DNA of 64,000 bases, taken from an uncultured Candidatus Saccharibacteria bacterium. GTDB lineage: Bacteria; Patescibacteriota; Saccharimonadia; Saccharimonadales; AWTP1-31. The stretch lies in contig CAZXTE010000004.1 in NCBI GenBank assembly GCA_964643545.1, forward strand, positions 39,869-103,868, in the 5' to 3' direction. The stretch's first letter is position 1; each line of letters opens with the position of its first letter. The notes below the pieces were generated by a model. The model was not told the origin of the DNA, did not search any database, and worked only from the letters and a program-made list of their open reading frames with translations. Below are positions 57,584 through 64,000 of this stretch, in pieces. A program made the position numbers and the translations under genes.

Positions 57584-57700
57584 ATGAAAGTGCGTGCAAG
57601 TGTCAAGAAGATAAGTCCAGACGATAAAATCGTACGCCGTAAGGGCCGCGTTTACGTCATTAATAAGCTCAAACCGAAGCACAAGCAGAGGCAGGGTTAG
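57584..57700 (+). CDS. rpmJ: 50S ribosomal protein L36
   Basis: 38-aa ORF missed by the track (too short): [46 protein letters not shown] at 57568-57573. In the conserved infA-rpmJ-rpsM position. Non-zinc (C-minus) form. Confidence 0.9.
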   Translation: MKVRASVKKISPDDKIVRRKGRVYVINKLKPKHKQRQG

Positions 57701-57703
57701 TTT

Positions 57704-58090
57704 ATGGCGCGTATATCTGGTGTTACTATTCCAAGTGAAAAACAAATTCAAATTGCTTTAACATATGTATATGGAGTTGGGCCAAAAACAAGCAGAGATA
57801 TCTTAGAGGCTGCAAAGGTAGAGCCAACTGTTCGTGTTAAGAATCTTACCGACGCAGAGATTGGCCGTATCCAAGATTTTATAAACGACAAATACACCGT
57901 TGAGGGTGAGTTGCAGCGTATTGTTACCAGCAACATTAAACGATTAAAGGATATTGGTTCGTATCGTGGTCTTCGGCACAAAGCTAGTTTGCCAAGTCGT
58001 GGCCAGCGTACTAAGACAAATGCAAGAACTCGCCGTGGTAAGAAGATTACTGTCGGTGGTACCGCTAAAAAGGTAGCGTCTAAGACATAG
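57704..58090 (+). CDS. rpsM: 30S ribosomal protein S13
   Basis: MARISGV.IP.....IALTY.YG.G...128 aa. Confidence 0.96.
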   Translation: MARISGVTIPSEKQIQIALTYVYGVGPKTSRDILEAAKVEPTVRVKNLTDAEIGRIQDFINDKYTVEGELQRIVTSNIKRLKDIGSYRGLRHKASLPSRGQRTKTNARTRRGKKITVGGTAKKVASKT

Positions 58091-58097
58091 GATAATT

Positions 58098-58490
58098 ATG
58101 GCAGATACAACAGTTACTAAGAAGAAAAAAGCAAAACGATCAGTACCAACTGGGCAGGTTCATGTGTACGCTAGCTTTAACAACACTATTATCACCTTTA
58201 CAGACACTGCAGGCGGCGCATTAACGGCATCGAGCGCTGGTGCATGTGGGTTCCGGGGCTCCAAAAAGGGCACAGCCTATGCCGCACAAGTTGCAACAGA
58301 GAAAGCCGGTCAAGAAGCTCGGCAAGCGTATGGTCTGTCCAAAGTCGACGTCTACGTAAAGGGGATCGGACTGGGTCGTGATGCAGCTGTTCGTACGCTT
58401 GCAACGTTAGGCTTCCAAGCAGAGAGCATCAAAGACGTTACAGGAATCGCACATGGTGGCGTTCGACCTAAGAAAGCACGAAGGATTTAG
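58098..58490 (+). CDS. rpsK: 30S ribosomal protein S11
   Basis: G..H.YASFNNTIITFTD..G......SAG..GF.GS.K.T.YAAQ, 130 aa. Confidence 0.96.
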   Translation: MADTTVTKKKKAKRSVPTGQVHVYASFNNTIITFTDTAGGALTASSAGACGFRGSKKGTAYAAQVATEKAGQEARQAYGLSKVDVYVKGIGLGRDAAVRTLATLGFQAESIKDVTGIAHGGVRPKKARRI

Positions 58491-58493
58491 TTT

Positions 58494-59114
58494 ATGGCAC
58501 GCGATACACAATCAATTGTAAAAATGAGCCGACGCGAAGGCTATGCACTACATCCAAAAGCCCACAAGGCGCTTTTAAAACGCACATCCACTCCCGGCCA
58601 AGTCGGAAACTATGCAGGTCGCAATAAACCAAGTCAGTATAGTCTGCAGCTTCGAGAGAAACAAAAGGTTAAGCGACTATATGGATTGCTGGAGAAGCAA
58701 TTCTCAAACCTTATGAAAGAAGCCAGCCGCCGCGAGGGTCAGTCTGGTGAAAATCTTTTGGCTTACCTTGAGCGTCGTTTAGACAACGTCATCTATCGAA
58801 GTGGCCTTGCAGTCAGCCGCCGCGCAGCACGACAACTTGTCACCCATGGACACTTCACACTCAATGGTCGCCGTGTTGATATCCCATCAATAAGAGTTTC
58901 AGAGGGAGACAAGATTATACTACGAGAGAGTAGCGCCAAGAACGAGTACTTCAAGAAGATTGATGATGTTAGCCCCGCTAACAGCGATCAAGTACCCTCT
59001 TGGCTAAAAGTAAATCGCAAGAAGTTTGATGTTTCCGTTGTTAGTATGCCTACGCGAGAGGATGCTGAAGCGGACATTAACGAGCAATTAATCGTTGAAT
59101 ATTATTCAAGGTAA
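58494..59114 (+). CDS. rpsD: 30S ribosomal protein S4
   Basis: 206 aa. S4 domain (RLDNVIYRSGLA.SRR.ARQLV.HGH...NG..V.IPS). Confidence 0.96.
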   Translation: MARDTQSIVKMSRREGYALHPKAHKALLKRTSTPGQVGNYAGRNKPSQYSLQLREKQKVKRLYGLLEKQFSNLMKEASRREGQSGENLLAYLERRLDNVIYRSGLAVSRRAARQLVTHGHFTLNGRRVDIPSIRVSEGDKIILRESSAKNEYFKKIDDVSPANSDQVPSWLKVNRKKFDVSVVSMPTREDAEADINEQLIVEYYSR

Positions 59115-59127
59115 GGGAGACCAATTT

Positions 59128-60075
59128 ATGTCAAAGCACATTCACACGCCAGCACTCGTTAATATCGACGACCACAGCAAAACGTCAGCAACGTTCAGTA
59201 TTGAACCACTGCATACCGGCTATGGCATGACGCTTGGGAATAGCTTGCGCCGCGTATTGCTGTCCAGCATAGCAGGGGCCGCCGTTACTTCATTCAAGAT
59301 TGAAGGCGCAACACATGAGTTCACCACACTTAAGGGTGTTAAAGAAGATGTCGTAGACATCATGCTCAATCTAAAGAATCTTCGTTTCCGTGTATTTAGC
59401 GACGAGCCACAAACTGTTCGTCTCACAAAAACTGGCAAGGGCGTCGTTACCGGTAAAGACATTGCCACGAATGCTGACGTAGAAGTTGTTAACCCTGCTC
59501 AAACAATCGCAACAATTGGTGACGAAAAGGGCAAAATTACGATTGATCTCGTTGTTGAGACTGGTCGCGGTTATCGCACCGTCGAAGAGGGAGCCAAGAC
59601 CAAAAATAGCGACATGATTGCACTTGATGCGATCTTTAGCCCAGTTTTGCGGGTTCGCTATAAGGTAGAAAACACTCGTGTCGGCCAAATGACCGATCTT
59701 GATAAGCTTCTTCTTACTATCGATACCGACGGTTCAATTACGCCACGTGACGCATTCGAAGAGGCGTCAGCAATCCTCGTCAATCAGTTTACTGCTCTTG
59801 CAGGCCAAACACGTGTTGAGGCACCCGCTCCTATGACTGCGGGCAATAGTGATTCGCCTGCGAGCAATGTTGATGGTGATGATCCAGCGGAACTTATGAC
59901 ATCAATTGAAGATCTTAATTTGTCAGCACGTACAACTAACGCACTTATCAACAATGAAATTCATACACTGAAAGATTTGTTCAACCTAAGTGATATCGAG
60001 CTACGCGATCTTAAAGGTTTTGGCAGTAAAGCACTAGATGAAGTTAAAGAGAAATTAGCTGAGTTGGAGTTATAA
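59128..60075 (+). CDS. rpoA: DNA-directed RNA polymerase alpha subunit
   Basis: ATG 59128 with AAGGGAG SD; the track start is TTG 59095. NTD (GYGMTLGNSLRRVLLSS) and CTD HhH (LNLSARTTNALINNEIHTLKDL). Confidence 0.95.
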   Translation: MSKHIHTPALVNIDDHSKTSATFSIEPLHTGYGMTLGNSLRRVLLSSIAGAAVTSFKIEGATHEFTTLKGVKEDVVDIMLNLKNLRFRVFSDEPQTVRLTKTGKGVVTGKDIATNADVEVVNPAQTIATIGDEKGKITIDLVVETGRGYRTVEEGAKTKNSDMIALDAIFSPVLRVRYKVENTRVGQMTDLDKLLLTIDTDGSITPRDAFEEASAILVNQFTALAGQTRVEAPAPMTAGNSDSPASNVDGDDPAELMTSIEDLNLSARTTNALINNEIHTLKDLFNLSDIELRDLKGFGSKALDEVKEKLAELEL

Positions 60076-60078
60076 AGC

Positions 60079-60552
60079 ATGCATCGTCACGGGTATAAAG
60101 GCCGCAAATTCGGCCGAGAACGAGACCAACGAGAAGCTCTTTTGAAAGGGCTAGCAGATGCATTGGTCCGTGAGGAAGCTATCAACACAACATTGCCGAA
60201 GGCAAAGGAGTTGGTCCCCTATGTCGAGAAGCTTATCACAAAAGCGAAACGAGGTGATCTTCACAGTCGTCGTCAAATCATTAGTAGTCTACAGACGTTG
60301 GATAGCGCGCACAAACTCGTTGATGAAGTAGCGCCAAAGCTCAAGAAACGCACAAGCGGTCATTTGCGCATTGCAAAGACAGTGACACGTCGCGGCGACA
60401 ACGCACAAATGGCGCGTGTGTCATTCGTTGACGACCTAAACGAGGCTCCCGTAGCAAAAGCTGCTGCCCCAAAGGTAGCTGTTTCTGAGAAAGCAAAAAC
60501 CCCAAAAGAAACGGTCGCCAAGGTAGCTACCAAGAAAGCAGAGAAGAAGTAA
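60079..60552 (+). CDS. rplQ: 50S ribosomal protein L17 with Ala/Lys-rich tail
   Basis: MHRHGYKGRKFGRERDQREALL..L...L...E.I.TT..KAKE. Confidence 0.95.
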   Translation: MHRHGYKGRKFGRERDQREALLKGLADALVREEAINTTLPKAKELVPYVEKLITKAKRGDLHSRRQIISSLQTLDSAHKLVDEVAPKLKKRTSGHLRIAKTVTRRGDNAQMARVSFVDDLNEAPVAKAAAPKVAVSEKAKTPKETVAKVATKKAEKK

Positions 60553-60556
60553 AATT

Positions 60557-60997
60557 ATGAAGACTTATAGCCAAAAACAAAGCGAGGTTGCACGAAAATG
60601 GTACGTCATAGACGCATCAGAGGCTCCTTTGGGCCGCGTATCTACTGTGGCTGCCTCTCTGCTCATCGGAAAAGGCAAACCGTCCATCACCCCGCATGTC
60701 GACAATGGTGACTTTGTTGTAATCATTAACAGCGACAACCTAAAGGTTACTGGCGGTAAAGAAACAAAGAAAATGTACTACCGACACAGTAGCTACCCAG
60801 GAGGCCTAAAATCTGCCACTCTTGAAGAGAAAATGGCTAAGGATTCAACACAGGTCATTACTCTAGCGATTCGTGGCATGCTCCCTGTTAATAAATTACG
60901 TCCTGATCGCCTTGCACGACTAAAGGTCTACAAAACAAGTGAGCACAATCATAATGCTCAGAAACCAGAAGTCTTAAGTGTGAAAGGTTCAAAATAA
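60557..60997 (+). CDS. rplM: 50S ribosomal protein L13
   Basis: RKWYVIDA....LGR.......LL.GK.KP..TPH.D.GD.VV.IN, 146 aa. Confidence 0.96.
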   Translation: MKTYSQKQSEVARKWYVIDASEAPLGRVSTVAASLLIGKGKPSITPHVDNGDFVVIINSDNLKVTGGKETKKMYYRHSSYPGGLKSATLEEKMAKDSTQVITLAIRGMLPVNKLRPDRLARLKVYKTSEHNHNAQKPEVLSVKGSK

Positions 60998-61395
60998 TGG
61001 CAGCAAAGCAGTATCATTACGCGTTAGGTAGACGAAAAAGTGCAACAGCACGCGTACGCCTCCAGTCTGGCAATGGAGTGTTCGTTGTCAATCAAAAACC
61101 AGTAGATGAATATTTTGCGACTAGTAAAAAACTGCTCAATGAGTTACAGAAGCCCTTTACAGTCCTAGAGCAGAATAATAAATATGACGTTTCGGTCGTC
61201 GTGACTGGTGGCGGACAGACTGGTCAGGCCCAAGCCATACGACTTGGTATCGCAAAGGCCCTTGCTATTATGAATGAAGATCTGAAAGCAACATTACGAC
61301 GTGCTGAATTGCTCGGCCGCGATCCAAGAGAGAAAGAACGAAAGAAATTTGGTCTCAAGGGCGCACGCAAACAGCGTCAATTCACTAAGCGTTAA
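60997..61395 (+). CDS. rpsI: 30S ribosomal protein S9
   Basis: GRRK...ARV.L..G.G...VN......GGG..GQA.A.R.GI..AL.........LR......RD.R..ERKK.G...ARK..QF.KR. Confidence 0.96.
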   Translation: MAAKQYHYALGRRKSATARVRLQSGNGVFVVNQKPVDEYFATSKKLLNELQKPFTVLEQNNKYDVSVVVTGGGQTGQAQAIRLGIAKALAIMNEDLKATLRRAELLGRDPREKERKKFGLKGARKQRQFTKR

Positions 61396-61401
61396 AATAT
61401 C

Positions 61402-61430
61402 TTGACACAATAGCTATAAAAGCGTAAGAT
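61402..61430 (+). promoter_or_regulatory. Near-consensus sigma70-type promoter (TTGACA-N17-TAAGAT)
   Basis: TTGACA 61402-61407, 17-nt spacer, TAAGAT 61425-61430. It begins 7 nt after the rpsI stop. Confidence 0.6.
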
Positions 61431-61438
61431 CTGTCACT

Positions 61439-61516
61439 ATGGTAAGCAAGCTTAATAGTAAGTTTTATTTTTGGTTTACGAGTCATCGTTGGCGGCTTGC
61501 TTTTTGTTATACATAA
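61439..61516 (+). CDS. Candidate leaderless 25-codon micro-ORF (leader peptide or precursor peptide), aromatic-rich
   Basis: The ATG lies 8 nt after the -10 box, the same geometry as many genes here. Peptide MVSKLNSKFYFWFTSHRWRLAFCYT. No homology evidence; supported only by context (promoter upstream, terminator downstream). Confidence 0.35.
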   Translation: MVSKLNSKFYFWFTSHRWRLAFCYT

Positions 61517-61538
61517 ATAACTAGATGATCAGAAATCA

Positions 61539-61563
61539 AAACCGCCCAAACAGGCGGTTTTTT
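61539..61563 (+). terminator. Rho-independent terminator between micro-ORF and racemase gene
   Basis: AAACCGCC-caaaca-GGCGGTTT followed by TTT. An A-run on the 5' side means it could act bidirectionally. Confidence 0.8.
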
Positions 61564-61588
61564 AATAGAAAAATGGAGAGAACAAGCC

Positions 61589-62302
61589 ATGAAGAACATA
61601 TCTATCGGAATTATTGGAGGCATGGGGCCGCAAGCCAGCGCACTATTACATACAAAAATTGTTAATGCTGCAAGCGCCGAACTGGGTGCACACGACTGCA
61701 ACGAATTTCCACTCATAACACACGTTTCAATACCTGCCATTGACTTTATTACCCAGCCAAATTTACGGCATAAAAATAAAGCGATGCTTGAATCAGCGGC
61801 CAAAACTTTACGTGCAAACGAACCTGATATTGTTGTAGTTGCCTGCAACACTGCACATCTTCTCATTGAGGAGGTGCCCGCCCTGGCAAACCTGCCACTT
61901 GTTTCATTGCCGGATTCTGTAATAAAAGATCTCGAGGTAAAGGGGATTAAACGGGCAGGGCTCCTGGCTTCGTCTACTACTATCGCCACAAAGCTATACC
62001 ACGAGCATGCGGCAAAGGCAAAAATTGATATTGTGGTCCTCCCACAATCCGAACAGCGAAAGACAGCCGAAGTGATACGCAGCGTGATTGCTGGCAAACC
62101 CCTTGATGACCTCAAATTGGAATTAAGTAAACAGATAGGACATCTGCAAGCGCAGGGTGTAGATATAGTTATCCTTGGGTGCACCGAGCTCTCAGTTCTC
62201 AATAATGGTCTAATGGTGGATATCGCACTAGTTGACTCACTTACTGCTGCAACGAATGCAGTAGTCAAACGGGCTAAAACGATTATGGGTGAGTCAAGAT
62301 GA
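61589..62302 (+). CDS. Aspartate/glutamate-family amino-acid racemase
   Basis: 237 aa. IGIIGGMGPQAS, with both catalytic Cys contexts present (VVACNTAH and ILGCTELS). GGAGAG SD. Confidence 0.85.
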   Translation: MKNISIGIIGGMGPQASALLHTKIVNAASAELGAHDCNEFPLITHVSIPAIDFITQPNLRHKNKAMLESAAKTLRANEPDIVVVACNTAHLLIEEVPALANLPLVSLPDSVIKDLEVKGIKRAGLLASSTTIATKLYHEHAAKAKIDIVVLPQSEQRKTAEVIRSVIAGKPLDDLKLELSKQIGHLQAQGVDIVILGCTELSVLNNGLMVDIALVDSLTAATNAVVKRAKTIMGESR

Positions 62303-63447
62303 GTGTTAGCAGAGCGGACCTCTCTGCCGCATTAGTAATGGGTGTTGAAAATGGCGTACACCCATCAGGTACACTTGGACCTACAAGAATACACGGCTTG
62401 GTTGATAGCGTTCTTGGCGAGCAGCTTGATCTTGTCCGCCAAGGTTGCGCTCATGCAGGGGGCGCAGACCCCGTCTACTCAATTGGGTTCGTTGTTGGCC
62501 GCACCTTGACGTCTCCTGAACTTCGAGTTGGTGATATAAAAAAGCCAGCAAATAGACAATTAGTGCTGGAAATTGCACGACACGCACTGCTGCCTGATTA
62601 TACGCTAGAGTTGGTAACAGCATTGGGCGGGTCGGAAACTCCGCCAACTCTACGCGCAATTGCATATGTGACTCCTGCCTTAGAGCTTGCCAAAGCATGC
62701 CAAGAGTCTGGCCTGGCCCAACCGGCGGTACGTCTTGTTGCGGCACATGCGGTATCATCCAGTCTCAATGGGCTTGATCCAGAAATCGCAGAAATGCGTG
62801 CTCACCAACTGCTGAATTTAGTAGATCGTTTACAAGAAACGGTTTACCCCAATATCAAGGTTGCGAAGGAGCATTTGTCGGTCAGTGCGCTGAGCAAGAA
62901 AGGACATGAATCTGATACGGAGCATCTTTTAACAATTCTGCAAGATGGCTCTGTAGAAAACGAGACACCAATTCATCGTGCACTGAGAAAACTAGCCCAA
63001 CGTGCAGTGAAACACGCCTCAATTGATGACGGTGATCAGCATGCACGCGTTGTCGCAGGGTACGGTGCTGCTCACGGATTAACATATCGCAATTACCGTT
63101 ACCCCGATACTGATGGCACAATCAAGATCGGTGGCCAAGGTGAAGCAGCTTTTGATGTTGTTCAACAATATATGGCTGATAGAGCAAAGATAAACGGTGA
63201 AACCGTTAGCAACCATGACAAACAAGGTAGTCCGGTTCTGGTGAGTTTAAGAACTGTTGCGGGAACTATACCACCCTATTATCTAGAGGGGCCAGCTGAG
63301 TTGACGGTCGAAAGTCCAAGCACCGCCATTCCTAGCACGGTGAGTGCCGCTGCTGAATATTACGCGCAGGCGGGTCTTCGTTCGGGTATTGATTTTGCAA
63401 ATGTGCCTGATCCTGTCAGACAGCAGTGGTCAAGAATTGTAAGATAG
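62299..63447 (+). CDS. Hypothetical 382-aa protein; possible highly diverged class-I (TrpRS-like) Rossmann-fold paralog with degenerate signature motifs
   Basis: ATGA-coupled to the racemase gene. By-eye collinear matches to the neighbouring TrpRS: GVHPSGTLG..IHGLV vs TGLRANSDLHIGNYFGAL; FVVGRTLTSP vs FVPDLHSFTTP; GLAQPAVRLVAAHAV vs GLFNYPVLMAADIL; ALSKKG at about the KMSKS position. Not verified by any search. Confidence 0.25.
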   Translation: MSVSRADLSAALVMGVENGVHPSGTLGPTRIHGLVDSVLGEQLDLVRQGCAHAGGADPVYSIGFVVGRTLTSPELRVGDIKKPANRQLVLEIARHALLPDYTLELVTALGGSETPPTLRAIAYVTPALELAKACQESGLAQPAVRLVAAHAVSSSLNGLDPEIAEMRAHQLLNLVDRLQETVYPNIKVAKEHLSVSALSKKGHESDTEHLLTILQDGSVENETPIHRALRKLAQRAVKHASIDDGDQHARVVAGYGAAHGLTYRNYRYPDTDGTIKIGGQGEAAFDVVQQYMADRAKINGETVSNHDKQGSPVLVSLRTVAGTIPPYYLEGPAELTVESPSTAIPSTVSAAAEYYAQAGLRSGIDFANVPDPVRQQWSRIVR

Positions 63448-63531
63448 TCACACAAATGTATAAGCCGATTAGGACAATGTCACACCGATTCGCACGCTTA
63501 AACCATAAATATCGTATAATGAGTATATATC

Positions 63532-64000
63532 ATGTCAAAACCTGTAATTTTAACTGGTCTTCGAGCAAACAGTGATTTGCATATTGGCAACTATTTTGGT
63601 GCGCTATTACCCACAATAGACATGGCAAAAAATCGGGCAGGCGAATATAAGGTTCATTTATTTGTACCAGATCTTCATAGCTTTACAACCCCTATCGACC
63701 ACTCGACCTTACATGATCAAATTATGGATAATCTGCGCATGTTTGTAGCCGCCGGGCTCCCGATTGATCATAATGACGTTTGCATTTATAGGCAAAGTTA
63801 CGTACCTGCCCATAGTGAGTTAACCTGGATCCTAGACTGCTTTACTGGCTTTGGGGAAATGTCTCGAATGACGCAATTTAAAGACAAATCGTCAAAATTG
63901 AGCGCTGAACGCACGAGCGTTGGTCTTTTTAATTATCCTGTACTTATGGCAGCGGATATTCTACTGTATGGTGCTACGTATGTTCCTGTGGGTGATGACC
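63532..64000 (+). CDS. trpS: Tryptophanyl-tRNA synthetase (3' end outside window)
   Basis: MSKPVILTGLRANSDLHIGNYFGAL...MTQFKDK...GLFNYPVLMAADILLYGATYVPVGDD. TATAAT at 63515-63520 lies 11 nt upstream of the ATG. Confidence 0.92.
   Translation, partial: MSKPVILTGLRANSDLHIGNYFGALLPTIDMAKNRAGEYKVHLFVPDLHSFTTPIDHSTLHDQIMDNLRMFVAAGLPIDHNDVCIYRQSYVPAHSELTWILDCFTGFGEMSRMTQFKDKSSKLSAERTSVGLFNYPVLMAADILLYGATYVPVGDD

Noticed and set aside
61507-62268. 253-aa ORF on the minus strand covering almost the whole racemase gene
   Set aside because: It is entirely antisense to a well-supported racemase ORF with intact catalytic motifs. The product is Ser/Ala/Arg/Cys-rich low-complexity sequence typical of antisense frames. 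It has no start context (no SD and no -10/ATG geometry).
1-64000. UGA recoding (genetic code 25/4), mobile elements, CRISPR arrays, prophage or defence islands
   Set aside because: TGA ends conserved genes at their expected lengths (gatB, dnaE, rplD, rpsE), so this is the standard code. I found no transposase/integrase-like ORFs, no terminal inverted repeats, no direct-repeat arrays and no recognisable defence genes. Nearly all ORFs are core housekeeping genes.

Overview
This is a densely coding bacterial chromosome segment that uses the standard code (TGA terminates conserved genes at their expected lengths). It holds about 70 protein genes and one tRNA. I found no rRNA, CRISPR array, transposase, integrase or prophage signal.

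Part A (1-33.9 kb) carries housekeeping genes on both strands: gatB, galU, dnaE, a SpoU methyltransferase, a PilB-type ATPase, malic enzyme, rplS, rnhB, yraN, an M1 aminopeptidase, nusA, clpC, radA, a class A PBP, tyrS, recG, rsmD, tRNA-Leu(UAG), hisS, tig and clpP. A few lineage-specific ORFs sit among them.

Part B (34.0-61.4 kb) is one uninterrupted plus-strand transcription/translation supercluster: rpoB-rpoC-rpsL-rpsG-fusA-tuf-[orf101]-rpsJ-[orf89]-rplCDWB-rpsS-rplV-rpsC-rplP-rpmC-rpsQ-rplNXE-rpsNH-rplFR-rpsE-rplO-secY-infA-rpmJ-rpsMKD-rpoA-rplQ-rplM-rpsI.

Part C (61.4-64 kb) runs promoter, 25-codon aromatic-rich micro-ORF, intrinsic terminator, Asp/Glu-family racemase, a 382-aa unknown ORF, then trpS (3'-truncated by the window edge).

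Several traits fit a reduced-genome CPR/Patescibacteria bacterium, possibly Saccharibacteria-like. There is no room for rpmD (L30) between rpsE and rplO, adk and map are missing after secY, gene packing is extreme, and many r-proteins carry tails. This placement is inference only.

The signals I consider most worth follow-up are:
- The attenuator-like (or precursor-peptide-like) unit in front of the racemase and the unknown ORF. By eye that ORF looks like a degenerate TrpRS paralog sitting next to the real trpS.
- Two CIRCE (HrcA-type) operators laid over the promoters of clpC and clpP.
- A pervasive -10-box/N6-11/ATG leaderless geometry on non-ribosomal genes, contrasting with strong AAGGAG Shine-Dalgarno sites in the r-protein cluster.
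- A plus-strand intrinsic terminator inside the nusA leader.
- rpsJ isolated from both tuf and rplC by two small unknown ORFs.
- A TyrRS whose HIGH signature reads TVGN.

All motif comparisons were made by eye. No database search or folding computation was possible.
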